DNA of 64,000 bases from Terriglobales bacterium (GTDB lineage: Bacteria; Acidobacteriota; Terriglobia; Terriglobales; Acidobacteriaceae): assembly GCA_052145015.1 (NCBI GenBank), contig JBKQPN010000102.1, forward strand, positions 12,310 to 76,309, read 5' to 3'. The first letter of the stretch is position 1; each line of letters opens with the position of its first letter. The notes beneath the pieces were generated by a model, which made no database searches, was not told the DNA's origin, and saw only the letters and a program-made list of their open reading frames with translations. Both the position numbers and the translations under genes were made by a program. This document shows positions 29,102-36,857 of this stretch, piece by piece.

Positions 29102-30112
29102 ATGCCGGCGTCGCCTACGTCCGCCCGCTCGGCGCCGTGGGGGACGATTGCGGCCGCATTGGCTTCGTTCCTGGCGTTGCTGGTGGCCATCTGGTTCGCG
29201 GCCGCGCATTTCCGGGTGCTGGAGACGACCGGCGGCAGCCGCGCCACCTTCGTTCTGAGCTTCGCCCTGCTGTTCGCGCCCTTTTGGGGGTTCGGATTCG
29301 GAGCCGCCACACCCCTGCGCCACGCCCTCCACGCACGCTGGGCGCGGGTGCTCGCTCCCGGCCTCCTGGCCAGCTCGTATTTGGCTTTTTCCCTGCCCCG
29401 CGGGGAATTCCAGTGGCGATACTGCGCTGCGCTGGTCGGAATTCCCATCCTGGTCGCGCTGCTGCTGGAGTTCTGCACGCACCAGGAGCCCGGCGCACGC
29501 GCGACGCTCCAGTGGCCCGACCTGCTTGCGCTGGCGCTGTTGGGCGTGCCTATCGTGATGCGCTGGCTGCAGGGAGCATATCCGCATCCCGCGATGAGCG
29601 CCCTGCCCAAGCTGCTGCTCACCGACGCCGCCCTCTATGGATTTCTCGTGGTGCGCAATCTCGAGGACGTAGGCTACGATTTCCGCCCGCACGGACGCGA
29701 TCTGTCCATCGGCCTGCGCGAACTGCTGTTCTTCGCTCCCATCGGGATCGGTGGAGGCTTCCTGCTGCACTTCATCGGCTTCCACCGAGTGGCGCCTACG
29801 GCGTGGGAGTTCTGCGCGGGATGGCTCGCCACCTTCATCCTGATCGCCATTCCCGAGGAATTGTTCTTCCGCGGGATTCTGCTGAACCTGCTGCAGCGCC
29901 GCCTGGGACCGCGCGCGGCGTTGCTGATCAGCGCCGTGGTCTTCGGCTTTTCCCACTTCAACAAGCGCGCGGTGTTCAACTGGCGCTACATCATCCTGGC
30001 CACCATCGCGGGGATCTTTTACGGGCGGGCGTGGCGGAACCGGCGGCGCTTGTTCACCTCCGGCATCACCCATGCCACCGTGGACGTGATCTGGGGGACG
30101 TGGTTCAAGTAA
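29102..30112 (+). CDS. CPBP (CAAX/Abi) family intramembrane metalloprotease
   Basis: Multi-TM. EELFFRG, FGFSH and the downstream HATVD motifs. Confidence 0.85.
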   Translation: MPASPTSARSAPWGTIAAALASFLALLVAIWFAAAHFRVLETTGGSRATFVLSFALLFAPFWGFGFGAATPLRHALHARWARVLAPGLLASSYLAFSLPRGEFQWRYCAALVGIPILVALLLEFCTHQEPGARATLQWPDLLALALLGVPIVMRWLQGAYPHPAMSALPKLLLTDAALYGFLVVRNLEDVGYDFRPHGRDLSIGLRELLFFAPIGIGGGFLLHFIGFHRVAPTAWEFCAGWLATFILIAIPEELFFRGILLNLLQRRLGPRAALLISAVVFGFSHFNKRAVFNWRYIILATIAGIFYGRAWRNRRRLFTSGITHATVDVIWGTWFK

Positions 30113-30185
30113 TCGGGTGATCGGAACATCGGCTCATCGGAAGATCTGAAAACAATCAGCCGATGACCCGATCTCCCGATGAGCC
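30112..30185. repeat. ATCGGGTS-unit hairpin between convergent genes
   Basis: Left arm 30112..30140 (atcgggtg atcggaac atcggctc atcgg), 19-nt loop, right arm 30160..30185. Inner 16 positions pair 14/16. Confidence 0.85.
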
Positions 30186-30187
30186 AA

Positions 30188-31465
30188 TTACTGGTCGCGC
30201 CGCTTCAGCGTGGGGCGGTCGTCGTCCGGCTTGTTACTGGAGTCGCTGCTGTCGCCGCTGCCGCTATCGCTGGGATGATTGTCGCTGGCGGTACGCCGCA
30301 GCGTGGGACGGTTCCTGTCCTTGTCATCGGTCAGCTTGCGGCGGTTTTCGATGGACGCCAGCCGCGCCTTCACGTGCTGGAACTCCGAGGTGTCCACAAT
30401 ATACTCGGGACGCGGCGGCAGGATGTGGTTGATCTCCTCCTGGCTCTTGGCGATGCGCTCCGGAGTCTGCGGGTGGGTAGCGAAGGCCTTGGCCAGCGAG
30501 CCCGGCTTCTTCTTCTCCTTGGCCTGCACCTTCTCGAAGAAGGCAATGAAGGATTCCGGATCGTACCCGGTCTTGTACATGTATTCGACGCCCAAATAAT
30601 CGGCCTCCGCCTCGAAGCCGCGGGAGAAGGAGAGGAAGGTCAGCGGCAAAGCCAGGCTGGCGACCGAGCTCACCGCGTAACCGATGCCGCCTCCGATAAA
30701 GATCAGCGGGATGGAAGCGAAGTTGGCCAGTTGCGCGCGCGTCATCTGGCGCGTGGCATGGCGTGCGCACACGTGCGAGATCTCGTGCGCCATCACTCCC
30801 GCCAGCTCCGACTCGTTGTCCGCGGCCAGGATCAGCCCCGAGTTCACGTAGAAGAAGCCCCCGGGCAGGGCGAAGGCGTTGATCTCGTCGGAATCGATCA
30901 CCTTGATGGTGAACGGCACCTTGGCGTCGGAGTTGCGCACCAGGTTCTGTCCGATGCGGTTCACGTACTCATTCACCACCGGGTCTTGTACCAGCTTGAC
31001 GCTCTGCTCCACCTGCATGGCGTACTGCTTGCCCATGCGGATCTCTTTTTCCAGCGAATACCAGTTGCCCAGCCCGGTGCCGCCCATGTTGCGGTTGCCG
31101 ATGGAATCAACGTCGTCCTTGCTCCCCGCCTTGACGTTCTTGTTCTTGTTGTTCGTCTCCGGGGTACTGCTGGTGGCAGCGGCCGGCGGCGTGTTGTCGG
31201 GAGCCGCGGGCGGAACGCTGCTGTCTTTATCCTGGCTCGCTGCGGGCGGGTTCGAGTCGGTGCTGGCAGGCGTAGTGCTCGCAGGCGTAGTGCTGTCTGG
31301 AGCAGGCGATTTCTGCGGGTCCTGGCTCGCCGCGGGCGGCTTCGAGTCGGTGCTGGCAGGGGTCGTGCTGTCCGGAACAGGCGCTTTCTGCGTGTCCTGG
31401 GCAAGCGCGAACGGGCTCAGACACCACAGCAAGGCAACCGCTAGAGCGATGGCGCGGAACTTCAT
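30188..31465 (-). CDS. M48 family zinc metallopeptidase
   Basis: ATG at 31465 gives signal peptide MKFRAIALAVALLWCLSPFALA. HEISH zinc motif (MAHEISHVCARH). LPGGFFYVNSGL. Low-complexity N- and C-terminal tails. Confidence 0.85.
   Translation of the reverse strand: MKFRAIALAVALLWCLSPFALAQDTQKAPVPDSTTPASTDSKPPAASQDPQKSPAPDSTTPASTTPASTDSNPPAASQDKDSSVPPAAPDNTPPAAATSSTPETNNKNKNVKAGSKDDVDSIGNRNMGGTGLGNWYSLEKEIRMGKQYAMQVEQSVKLVQDPVVNEYVNRIGQNLVRNSDAKVPFTIKVIDSDEINAFALPGGFFYVNSGLILAADNESELAGVMAHEISHVCARHATRQMTRAQLANFASIPLIFIGGGIGYAVSSVASLALPLTFLSFSRGFEAEADYLGVEYMYKTGYDPESFIAFFEKVQAKEKKKPGSLAKAFATHPQTPERIAKSQEEINHILPPRPEYIVDTSEFQHVKARLASIENRRKLTDDKDRNRPTLRRTASDNHPSDSGSGDSSDSSNKPDDDRPTLKRRDQ
31230..31400. 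repeat. Tandem duplication (about 90 + 75 bp) inside the M48 gene
   Basis: Two units, each starting tcctggctcgc.gcgggcgg.ttcgagtcggtgctggcagg. They encode PDSTTPAST..DS.PPAASQD twice. Confidence 0.8.
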
Positions 31466-31645
31466 GGGGCTCCCTCGCAAAACGTGTACCGGGGGGGCGG
31501 GCACGCTGATTATACTACCGTTAACAAGACTGCTGGATTGGACATAGTCTGCCCCACAAATTAGACGCAAAAAGCGGCGGCTGGGTTACCTAAGAGATTG
31601 AGGCGTTTGACGCGCTGGCCGTGACCATGCACCCCCGGCTCCACA

Positions 31646-31683
31646 ATCACCCGATCGCCCGATGACCCGATCATCCGATCCGG
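31646..31683. repeat. ATCGGGTS-unit array, one-armed, reverse orientation
   Basis: atcacccg atcgcccg atgacccg atcatccg atccgg, directly after the ino1 stop. Confidence 0.85.
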
Positions 31684-33024
31684 CTAATCGTAGTACTCCA
31701 GCCCCAGGTGCGTGATCAGCGCCTCGCCCTTCAGGTGGCGCAGCGTGTTCTTCAGCTTCATGGACTGGATGAACAGGTCGTGCTCGGGATAGAGCCCGGG
31801 CGCGGTCATGGGCGACTTGAAGTAGAAGCTGAGCCACTCCTGGATGCCGAGGCCGCGCAGTTCGGCGCTGCGTTGCGCCAAGTCGAGGAAGAGCACCAGG
31901 TCGAGCACGATAGGCGCGGCCAGGATGGAGTCGCGGCACAGGAAGTCCACCTTGATCTGCATTGGATAGCCGAGCCAGCCGAAGATATCGATGTTGTCCC
32001 AACCCTCTTTGTTATCACCGCGTGGCGGGTAATAGTTAATGCGAACCTTGTGATAAATCTTGCCGTAAAGGTCGGGGTACATCTGCGGCTGCAAGATGTG
32101 CTCCAGCACGCCCAGCTTCGATTCTTCCTTGGTCTTGAAGGAGTCGGGATCGTCCAGCACTTCGCCGTCGCGGTTGCCCAGGATATTCGTGGAGTACCAG
32201 CCGCTCAGCCCCAGCATGCGCGCCTTGAAGCCGGGCGCGAGGATGGTCTTTATCAGCGTTTGCCCGGTCTTGAAATCCTTGCCGCAGATGGGAGCGTGGT
32301 TGCGCCGCGAGAGCTCTTGCATCACCGGGATGTCCACGGTCAGGTTGGGAGCGCCATTGGCGAAGGGCACGCCCTCGCTCAAAGCGGCGTAGGCGTAGAT
32401 CATCGAGGGCGCGATGTCCTCGTCGTTCTGCTCCAGGCCCTTCTCGAATGCTTTCACCGAGGCGTGCACCGCCTTGGGACGCAGGAAGATCTCGGTCGAG
32501 CCGCACCAGATCATGATGAAGCGGCTGGCGCCGGACGTCTTCTTGAACTCGCGGATGTCCTCGCGCACCTGCTCGGCCAGGTCCCGCTTATTCTTGCCCT
32601 TCTTCACGTTGGGCCCGTCGAGCTTGCGGACGTAATTTTGGTCGAACACCGCCTTGCGCGGCTTGATGGATTGCAGGAAGGGCTTGATCTGGTCGAGCAG
32701 GTCGCGCTCCAGCACGCCGGCGTTGCGGGCCGCGGCATACATGTCGTCGGTGTAAATATCCCAGCCGGTGAAGACCAGGTCGTCGAGGCCAGCCAGCGGC
32801 ATGAAATCCTTGACCTTGGGCGAGCGCGCGTCGGTGCGCTTCCCCAGGCGGATGGTGCCCATCTGGGTGAGCGAGCCGATGGGCTTCGCCAGCCCCCTGC
32901 GGATGGCTTCCACGCCCGCCACGAATGTTGTTGCCACCGCTCCCATGCCGGGGATCATCACTCCCAGCTTGCCCTTGGCCGGTTGGATCTGGCTGGATTT
33001 GCCGCTCGATTGCCGCTTCGCCAT
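31684..33024 (-). CDS. ino1: myo-Inositol-3-phosphate synthase
   Basis: 446 aa. GVMIPGMGAVATTFVAG Rossmann. WCGSTE, NGAPN, SGWYSTNILGNRDG. Confidence 0.88.
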   Translation of the reverse strand: MAKRQSSGKSSQIQPAKGKLGVMIPGMGAVATTFVAGVEAIRRGLAKPIGSLTQMGTIRLGKRTDARSPKVKDFMPLAGLDDLVFTGWDIYTDDMYAAARNAGVLERDLLDQIKPFLQSIKPRKAVFDQNYVRKLDGPNVKKGKNKRDLAEQVREDIREFKKTSGASRFIMIWCGSTEIFLRPKAVHASVKAFEKGLEQNDEDIAPSMIYAYAALSEGVPFANGAPNLTVDIPVMQELSRRNHAPICGKDFKTGQTLIKTILAPGFKARMLGLSGWYSTNILGNRDGEVLDDPDSFKTKEESKLGVLEHILQPQMYPDLYGKIYHKVRINYYPPRGDNKEGWDNIDIFGWLGYPMQIKVDFLCRDSILAAPIVLDLVLFLDLAQRSAELRGLGIQEWLSFYFKSPMTAPGLYPEHDLFIQSMKLKNTLRHLKGEALITHLGLEYYD

Positions 33025-33117
33025 GAATTATGCTTCCGCCCTTGTTCGATCAGAGTTGGTTGGACAAACGGGCTATCTTCTCGTATCGAGAGGGGATTTG
33101 CAAACCGGGGCGATTTG

Positions 33118-33960
33118 ATGAATGAGAAGGTGGCCGTCATAACCGGTTCTTCGAGCGGCATCGGCCTGCTGACCGCCATCGAACTGGCCCGCAGCGGCTA
33201 TCGCGTGGTCGCCACCATGCGCGACCTCGCGCGGTGCACACGCTTGGACGAAGCTGCCGAGCGCGCCGGAGTCTCAGGCCAACTCGACGTGCGGAGGCTC
33301 GACGTCACCGAGACCGATAGTATCCCCGGCGTGGTCGAAGCCGTGGTGCGCGACCACGGCCGCATCGATGTGCTGGTGAACAACGCCGGCTTCGCTATGG
33401 CCGGTTTTGCTGAAGACATGCGCCTGGCCGAGATCCGCCAGCAGTTCGAGACCAACTTTTTCGCCCACGTGGCCATGACCAAGGCGGTGCTGCCCGTCAT
33501 GCGGCGGCAGCGCTCGGGGCACATCATCATGGTGTCGTCGATCAGCGGGCGCGTCGGCCAGCCGGTGCTCAGCAGCTATTCGTCGTCAAAGTTTGCTCTG
33601 GAAGGATGGAGCGAGGCGCTGCGCATCGAGACCTTTTCGCTGGGCATCCGCGTAGTGCTCGTCGAGCCTGGCGCCTTCGGCACCGACATCTGGCAGCGCA
33701 ACGCGAAGCTCGGTGAGGGCACGTTCAGCACCGATTCTCCCAATCGCGAGCGCGCGGAGCGCTTCGCCGCCATGGCGAAGAAGCTGCATAAAGCCGATGC
33801 CATCGTGGTGGCACGGCTGATCGCCCGCATCGCCGCCGATCCCAATCCCAAGCTGCGCTACCGCATCGGCTTCGACGCCCACTTGCAGCGCTGGCTGCGC
33901 GCGCTGCTTCCCTGGCGTGCTTATGAGAAACTGGTGGCCAAGGCGGTGAAAATCAATTGA
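33118..33960 (+). CDS. Short-chain dehydrogenase/reductase
   Basis: ATG at 33118. VAVITGSSSGIG, NNAG, SSYSSSKFALEG (YxxxK). Confidence 0.9.
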   Translation: MNEKVAVITGSSSGIGLLTAIELARSGYRVVATMRDLARCTRLDEAAERAGVSGQLDVRRLDVTETDSIPGVVEAVVRDHGRIDVLVNNAGFAMAGFAEDMRLAEIRQQFETNFFAHVAMTKAVLPVMRRQRSGHIIMVSSISGRVGQPVLSSYSSSKFALEGWSEALRIETFSLGIRVVLVEPGAFGTDIWQRNAKLGEGTFSTDSPNRERAERFAAMAKKLHKADAIVVARLIARIAADPNPKLRYRIGFDAHLQRWLRALLPWRAYEKLVAKAVKIN

Positions 33961-34041
33961 GCCATTGAGTCATCGGGCCATTGAGTCATTTAAAACCAGC
34001 GGCCCCAATGACTCAATGGCTCAATGAATCAATGGCTCAAT
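33961..34041. repeat. Hairpin of tandem GCCATTGAGTCAT units
   Basis: Perfect 14-bp core: 33977..33990 pairs with 34007..34020, 16-nt loop. The right arm overlaps the last codons of the DedA gene. Confidence 0.9.
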
Positions 34042-34667
34042 CCCCTGATTCTGTGCGCCCAGCGCGACCACAGGAACCACGCCGCGCCAGCCAGGAACAC
34101 CGCTACGATCACCGCGTCGAAGCGATGGAACCACAGCTTCAGCCGCGGATCGGTTTCCCACCGCTCGCCCAGCTTCATGCCGATGTAGGCCAGCATCAGG
34201 CACCACGGCCACGAGCCGACGAAAGTGTAGACGTGGAAGCGCAGGCGCGGCATGCGGGCGATGCCGGCGGGCAGCGCGATGAAGGTGCGGATCACCGGCA
34301 GCAGCCGCGCGATGAACACCGCCGGGCTTCCCCAGCGCGCGAAGAAGTGGTCGGCCCAGTCCAGTTCGCCCCGGCTGAGCAGGATGTAGGAGCCGTAGCG
34401 CTCGACCAGCGGCCGTCCACCGAAGAAGCCGATCTCGTATGCGATCACCGAGCCCAGGTTGCAGCCAATCGCGCCAGCGGTCGCCACCCACAGCAGGTGG
34501 AAGCGTCCGGCGTAGACCAGATATCCGGAGAACGGCATGATCACTTCCGAAGGCAGCGGGATGCAGGCTGACTCGATGGCCATCAGGGCGACGATCCCCA
34601 GGTATCCACCCGAGGAGATCACGCCGATGATGAAGACGCTTAGAACAGAGATGGTGCGGGCGATCAT
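34029..34667 (-). CDS. DedA family membrane protein
   Basis: 212 aa. ESACIPLPSEVIMPFSGYL and LLPVIRTFIALPAGIARM, typical DedA/SNARE-associated motifs. Confidence 0.9.
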   Translation of the reverse strand: MIARTISVLSVFIIGVISSGGYLGIVALMAIESACIPLPSEVIMPFSGYLVYAGRFHLLWVATAGAIGCNLGSVIAYEIGFFGGRPLVERYGSYILLSRGELDWADHFFARWGSPAVFIARLLPVIRTFIALPAGIARMPRLRFHVYTFVGSWPWCLMLAYIGMKLGERWETDPRLKLWFHRFDAVIVAVFLAGAAWFLWSRWAHRIRGLSH

Positions 34668-34674
34668 GGAATCA

Positions 34675-34741
34675 GATGATCGGGAGATCGGGTCATCGGG
34701 TCATTTGAAAACAGAGCACACAATGACCCGATCACCCGATG
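34675..34741. repeat. ATCGGGTS-unit hairpin
   Basis: 34686..34705 pairs with 34722..34741 at 18/20, 16-nt loop. Confidence 0.9.
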
Positions 34742-34751
34742 CCCAGATTTC

Positions 34752-34976
34752 TCAAAACTCTTGCCCGTCCTGGGCAAAGGTATAGCCGGGCAGCGTGGCG
34801 CCCTCGGCCGTCTTCTTGACGTGGACCCGCAGGCTCTCGGTCGGCGTGCTGGAGTCGGCGGGGCGCAACATGGCGTATTGCGCCAGCGCCTCCTTGTAGA
34901 CCTTGGTGACCAGGAAGTTCTTCCCGCTCTGGTCGTGGCGCCAGATTTGCCCCGGCTGAATGGCTTTGACGGCCAT
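34752..34976 (-). CDS. Small hypothetical protein (74 aa)
   Basis: ORF with balanced composition (MAVKAIQPGQIWRHDQSGKNFLVTKVYKE...). No recognised family. Confidence 0.45.
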   Translation of the reverse strand: MAVKAIQPGQIWRHDQSGKNFLVTKVYKEALAQYAMLRPADSSTPTESLRVHVKKTAEGATLPGYTFAQDGQEF

Positions 34977-35037
34977 AAGGACAGAGTAGCGGCGCGCAGC
35001 GGGAAGGTCAAATGAGCGAAAGTCGCTGGCCCAAATC

Positions 35038-35886
35038 TCATTCCGGCAACTTGCCGCTCAGCAACTCTGGCAGCTTGGCTGCAGGGCAGCGCACCCCGAC
35101 ATAGAACGTCCCAAACGCGGCGTACACGGCGCTGACCTCGTCGAAGCGCATCTCGTAGATCAGCTTCTTGAAGATGAGCGGATCATCGGCGAACAGGTCC
35201 ACACCCCACTCCCAGTCGTCGAAGCCGATGGAGCCGGTGATCACCTGCTGCACCTTGCCGGCGTAGCGGCGGCCGACCTCGCCGTGCTCCGCCATCTGGC
35301 GCTGCCGCTCCTCGATGGGCAGGCGGTACCAGTTTTTGTCTTCTCCGCGCTTGCGGTCCATGGGATAGAAGCACAGGAATCGCGCCGCTGGGATCTTGGG
35401 ATAGAGCCGCGCCCGCATGGCTTCGCGCTGGCGGGCCATCGTGTCCTCGACCTCGCGGTCCCATTCCGGCGTGTGTGGCTCGATGCCGCGTTCGGCGAGC
35501 GAGCGGTAAAGCTTGACGCTCGAATCGTAGAGCCCGAGCTCGACCACGGAGAGATACGAAGTCGTGGGCTCGATGAAGGCATGCAGCCTGAGGCCGCTCA
35601 TCGCCAGCTCGGCCGACTTCAGCTCGCCGAAGCTGTCGCGGAAGTGCACCAGCATGAGGTCGGCCTTGTGCCCGAGCACGGAATAGATCGCGCTCCTGCC
35701 GGCTTCCTCGGCGGGAGCGAGCGCGGCGGCAGCTTCCTCGGCGATTGCCTTGCGCTCGGCGTCCGGCAGCGCCCGCCACGCGGTCCAGCGGAAGCGCGCC
35801 ATGTTGTGAAGCGCGCTCGCGCCCTCAATGGTCATCGGCACCTGCGCCATCTGTGCCGTCTCCAGGCTGGCCTTGCTTGCGGTCAT
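35038..35886 (-). CDS. Chlorite-dismutase family protein (HemQ/ChdC-like coproheme decarboxylase)
   Basis: FLCFYPMDRKRGEDKNWY, ERQRQMAEHG, ITGSIGFDDWEWGVDLFADD, IYEMRFDEVSA. Start is ATG 35886 (track ORF extends to 36171). Confidence 0.8.
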   Translation of the reverse strand: MTASKASLETAQMAQVPMTIEGASALHNMARFRWTAWRALPDAERKAIAEEAAAALAPAEEAGRSAIYSVLGHKADLMLVHFRDSFGELKSAELAMSGLRLHAFIEPTTSYLSVVELGLYDSSVKLYRSLAERGIEPHTPEWDREVEDTMARQREAMRARLYPKIPAARFLCFYPMDRKRGEDKNWYRLPIEERQRQMAEHGEVGRRYAGKVQQVITGSIGFDDWEWGVDLFADDPLIFKKLIYEMRFDEVSAVYAAFGTFYVGVRCPAAKLPELLSGKLPE

Positions 35887-35965
35887 GCGTGAACCCCCGT
35901 GTTCACAGGAATTGTAGCGAGTGTGGCATCCATTGTAATCTGTCCCGCCTACGGAGGGTTCCCTG

Positions 35966-36808
35966 ATGGTGCGCGGCATGATCCCCCGCCAGCCCGCCAA
36001 GACCGGACGCCACGAAGGCGCACGCCGCATGCCCAAGCCTTCGCCGCCGCCGCGGACGTTCACTCCCAAAGCCGTCGCACAGAAATCCACACCCAAACCG
36101 GCCCCACGGGTGAGCAAGCCCGCTGCCAAATACGATCCCCTGGCGCCGGAGCGCGTGCACGAGATCCTCAAGCGGCTGGACGAGCGCTATCCCAAGGCCA
36201 CCTGCGCGCTGCATCACAAGAGCGCCTGGGAGCTGCTGGTGGCGACTATCCTCTCGGCGCAGTGTACCGACGTGCGCGTCAACATGGTGACCCCGGTGCT
36301 GTTCCAGAAATATCCCACCGTCCAGCACTTCGCCGCGCTCAAGCCCGAGGAGTTGGAACCTGATATCCGCTCCACCGGCTTTTTTCGCAACAAGTCGAAA
36401 TCAGTGGTGGGAGCGGCCAGGAAGCTGGTCAGCGATTTCGGCGGAGAAGTCCCCAATGACATGGAGAAGCTGCTCTCGCTGCCGGGCGTGGCGCGCAAGA
36501 CCGCGAACGTCGTGCTCGGCAGCTGGTTCCACAATCCGGCCGGCGTGGTGGTGGATACGCACGTCACCCGCATCTCCCACCGTCTGGAGCTGACGCACCA
36601 GGAGACTGCCGAGAAGATCGAGCAGGACTTGATGAAGATCGTCCCGCGCGAGCGTTGGATCGACTTCAGCCATCAGGTGATCTGGCACGGTCGCCAGCTC
36701 TGCATAGCACGCTCGCCCAGGTGCGCCGAGTGTCCGCTGGAGAATTTGTGCCACGCCGCCGACAAAACCTGGAGCACGGTGGAGATTCACAAGGCGGCGA
36801 AGCCGTAG
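35966..36808 (+). CDS. nth: Endonuclease III with about 65-aa Lys/Pro-rich N-terminal extension
   Basis: GGAGGG 7 nt upstream of the ATG. LVATILSAQCTD, LPGVARKTANVVL (HhH), C-x6-C-x2-C-x5-C cluster (CIARSPRCAECPLENLC). Confidence 0.9.
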   Translation: MVRGMIPRQPAKTGRHEGARRMPKPSPPPRTFTPKAVAQKSTPKPAPRVSKPAAKYDPLAPERVHEILKRLDERYPKATCALHHKSAWELLVATILSAQCTDVRVNMVTPVLFQKYPTVQHFAALKPEELEPDIRSTGFFRNKSKSVVGAARKLVSDFGGEVPNDMEKLLSLPGVARKTANVVLGSWFHNPAGVVVDTHVTRISHRLELTHQETAEKIEQDLMKIVPRERWIDFSHQVIWHGRQLCIARSPRCAECPLENLCHAADKTWSTVEIHKAAKP

Positions 36809-36840
36809 GTAGTACCGAGTACCCAGTACCGAGTACCGAG
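36809..36840. repeat. Tandem heptamer array (GTACCGA/GTACCCA x4)
   Basis: Read directly between the nth stop and the S9 peptidase start. Confidence 0.85.
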
Positions 36841-36857
36841 CAGGCACGGGAGCCTTC

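Noticed and set aside
28976-30073. 365-aa minus-strand ORF
   Set aside because: Antisense to the CPBP protease gene. Arg/Gly/Pro/Glu-rich artefact.
31708-33117. N-terminal about 470 aa of the 750-aa ORF 31708..33960
   Set aside because: It is antisense to ino1. Only the last 280 aa (from ATG 33118) form a bona fide SDR.
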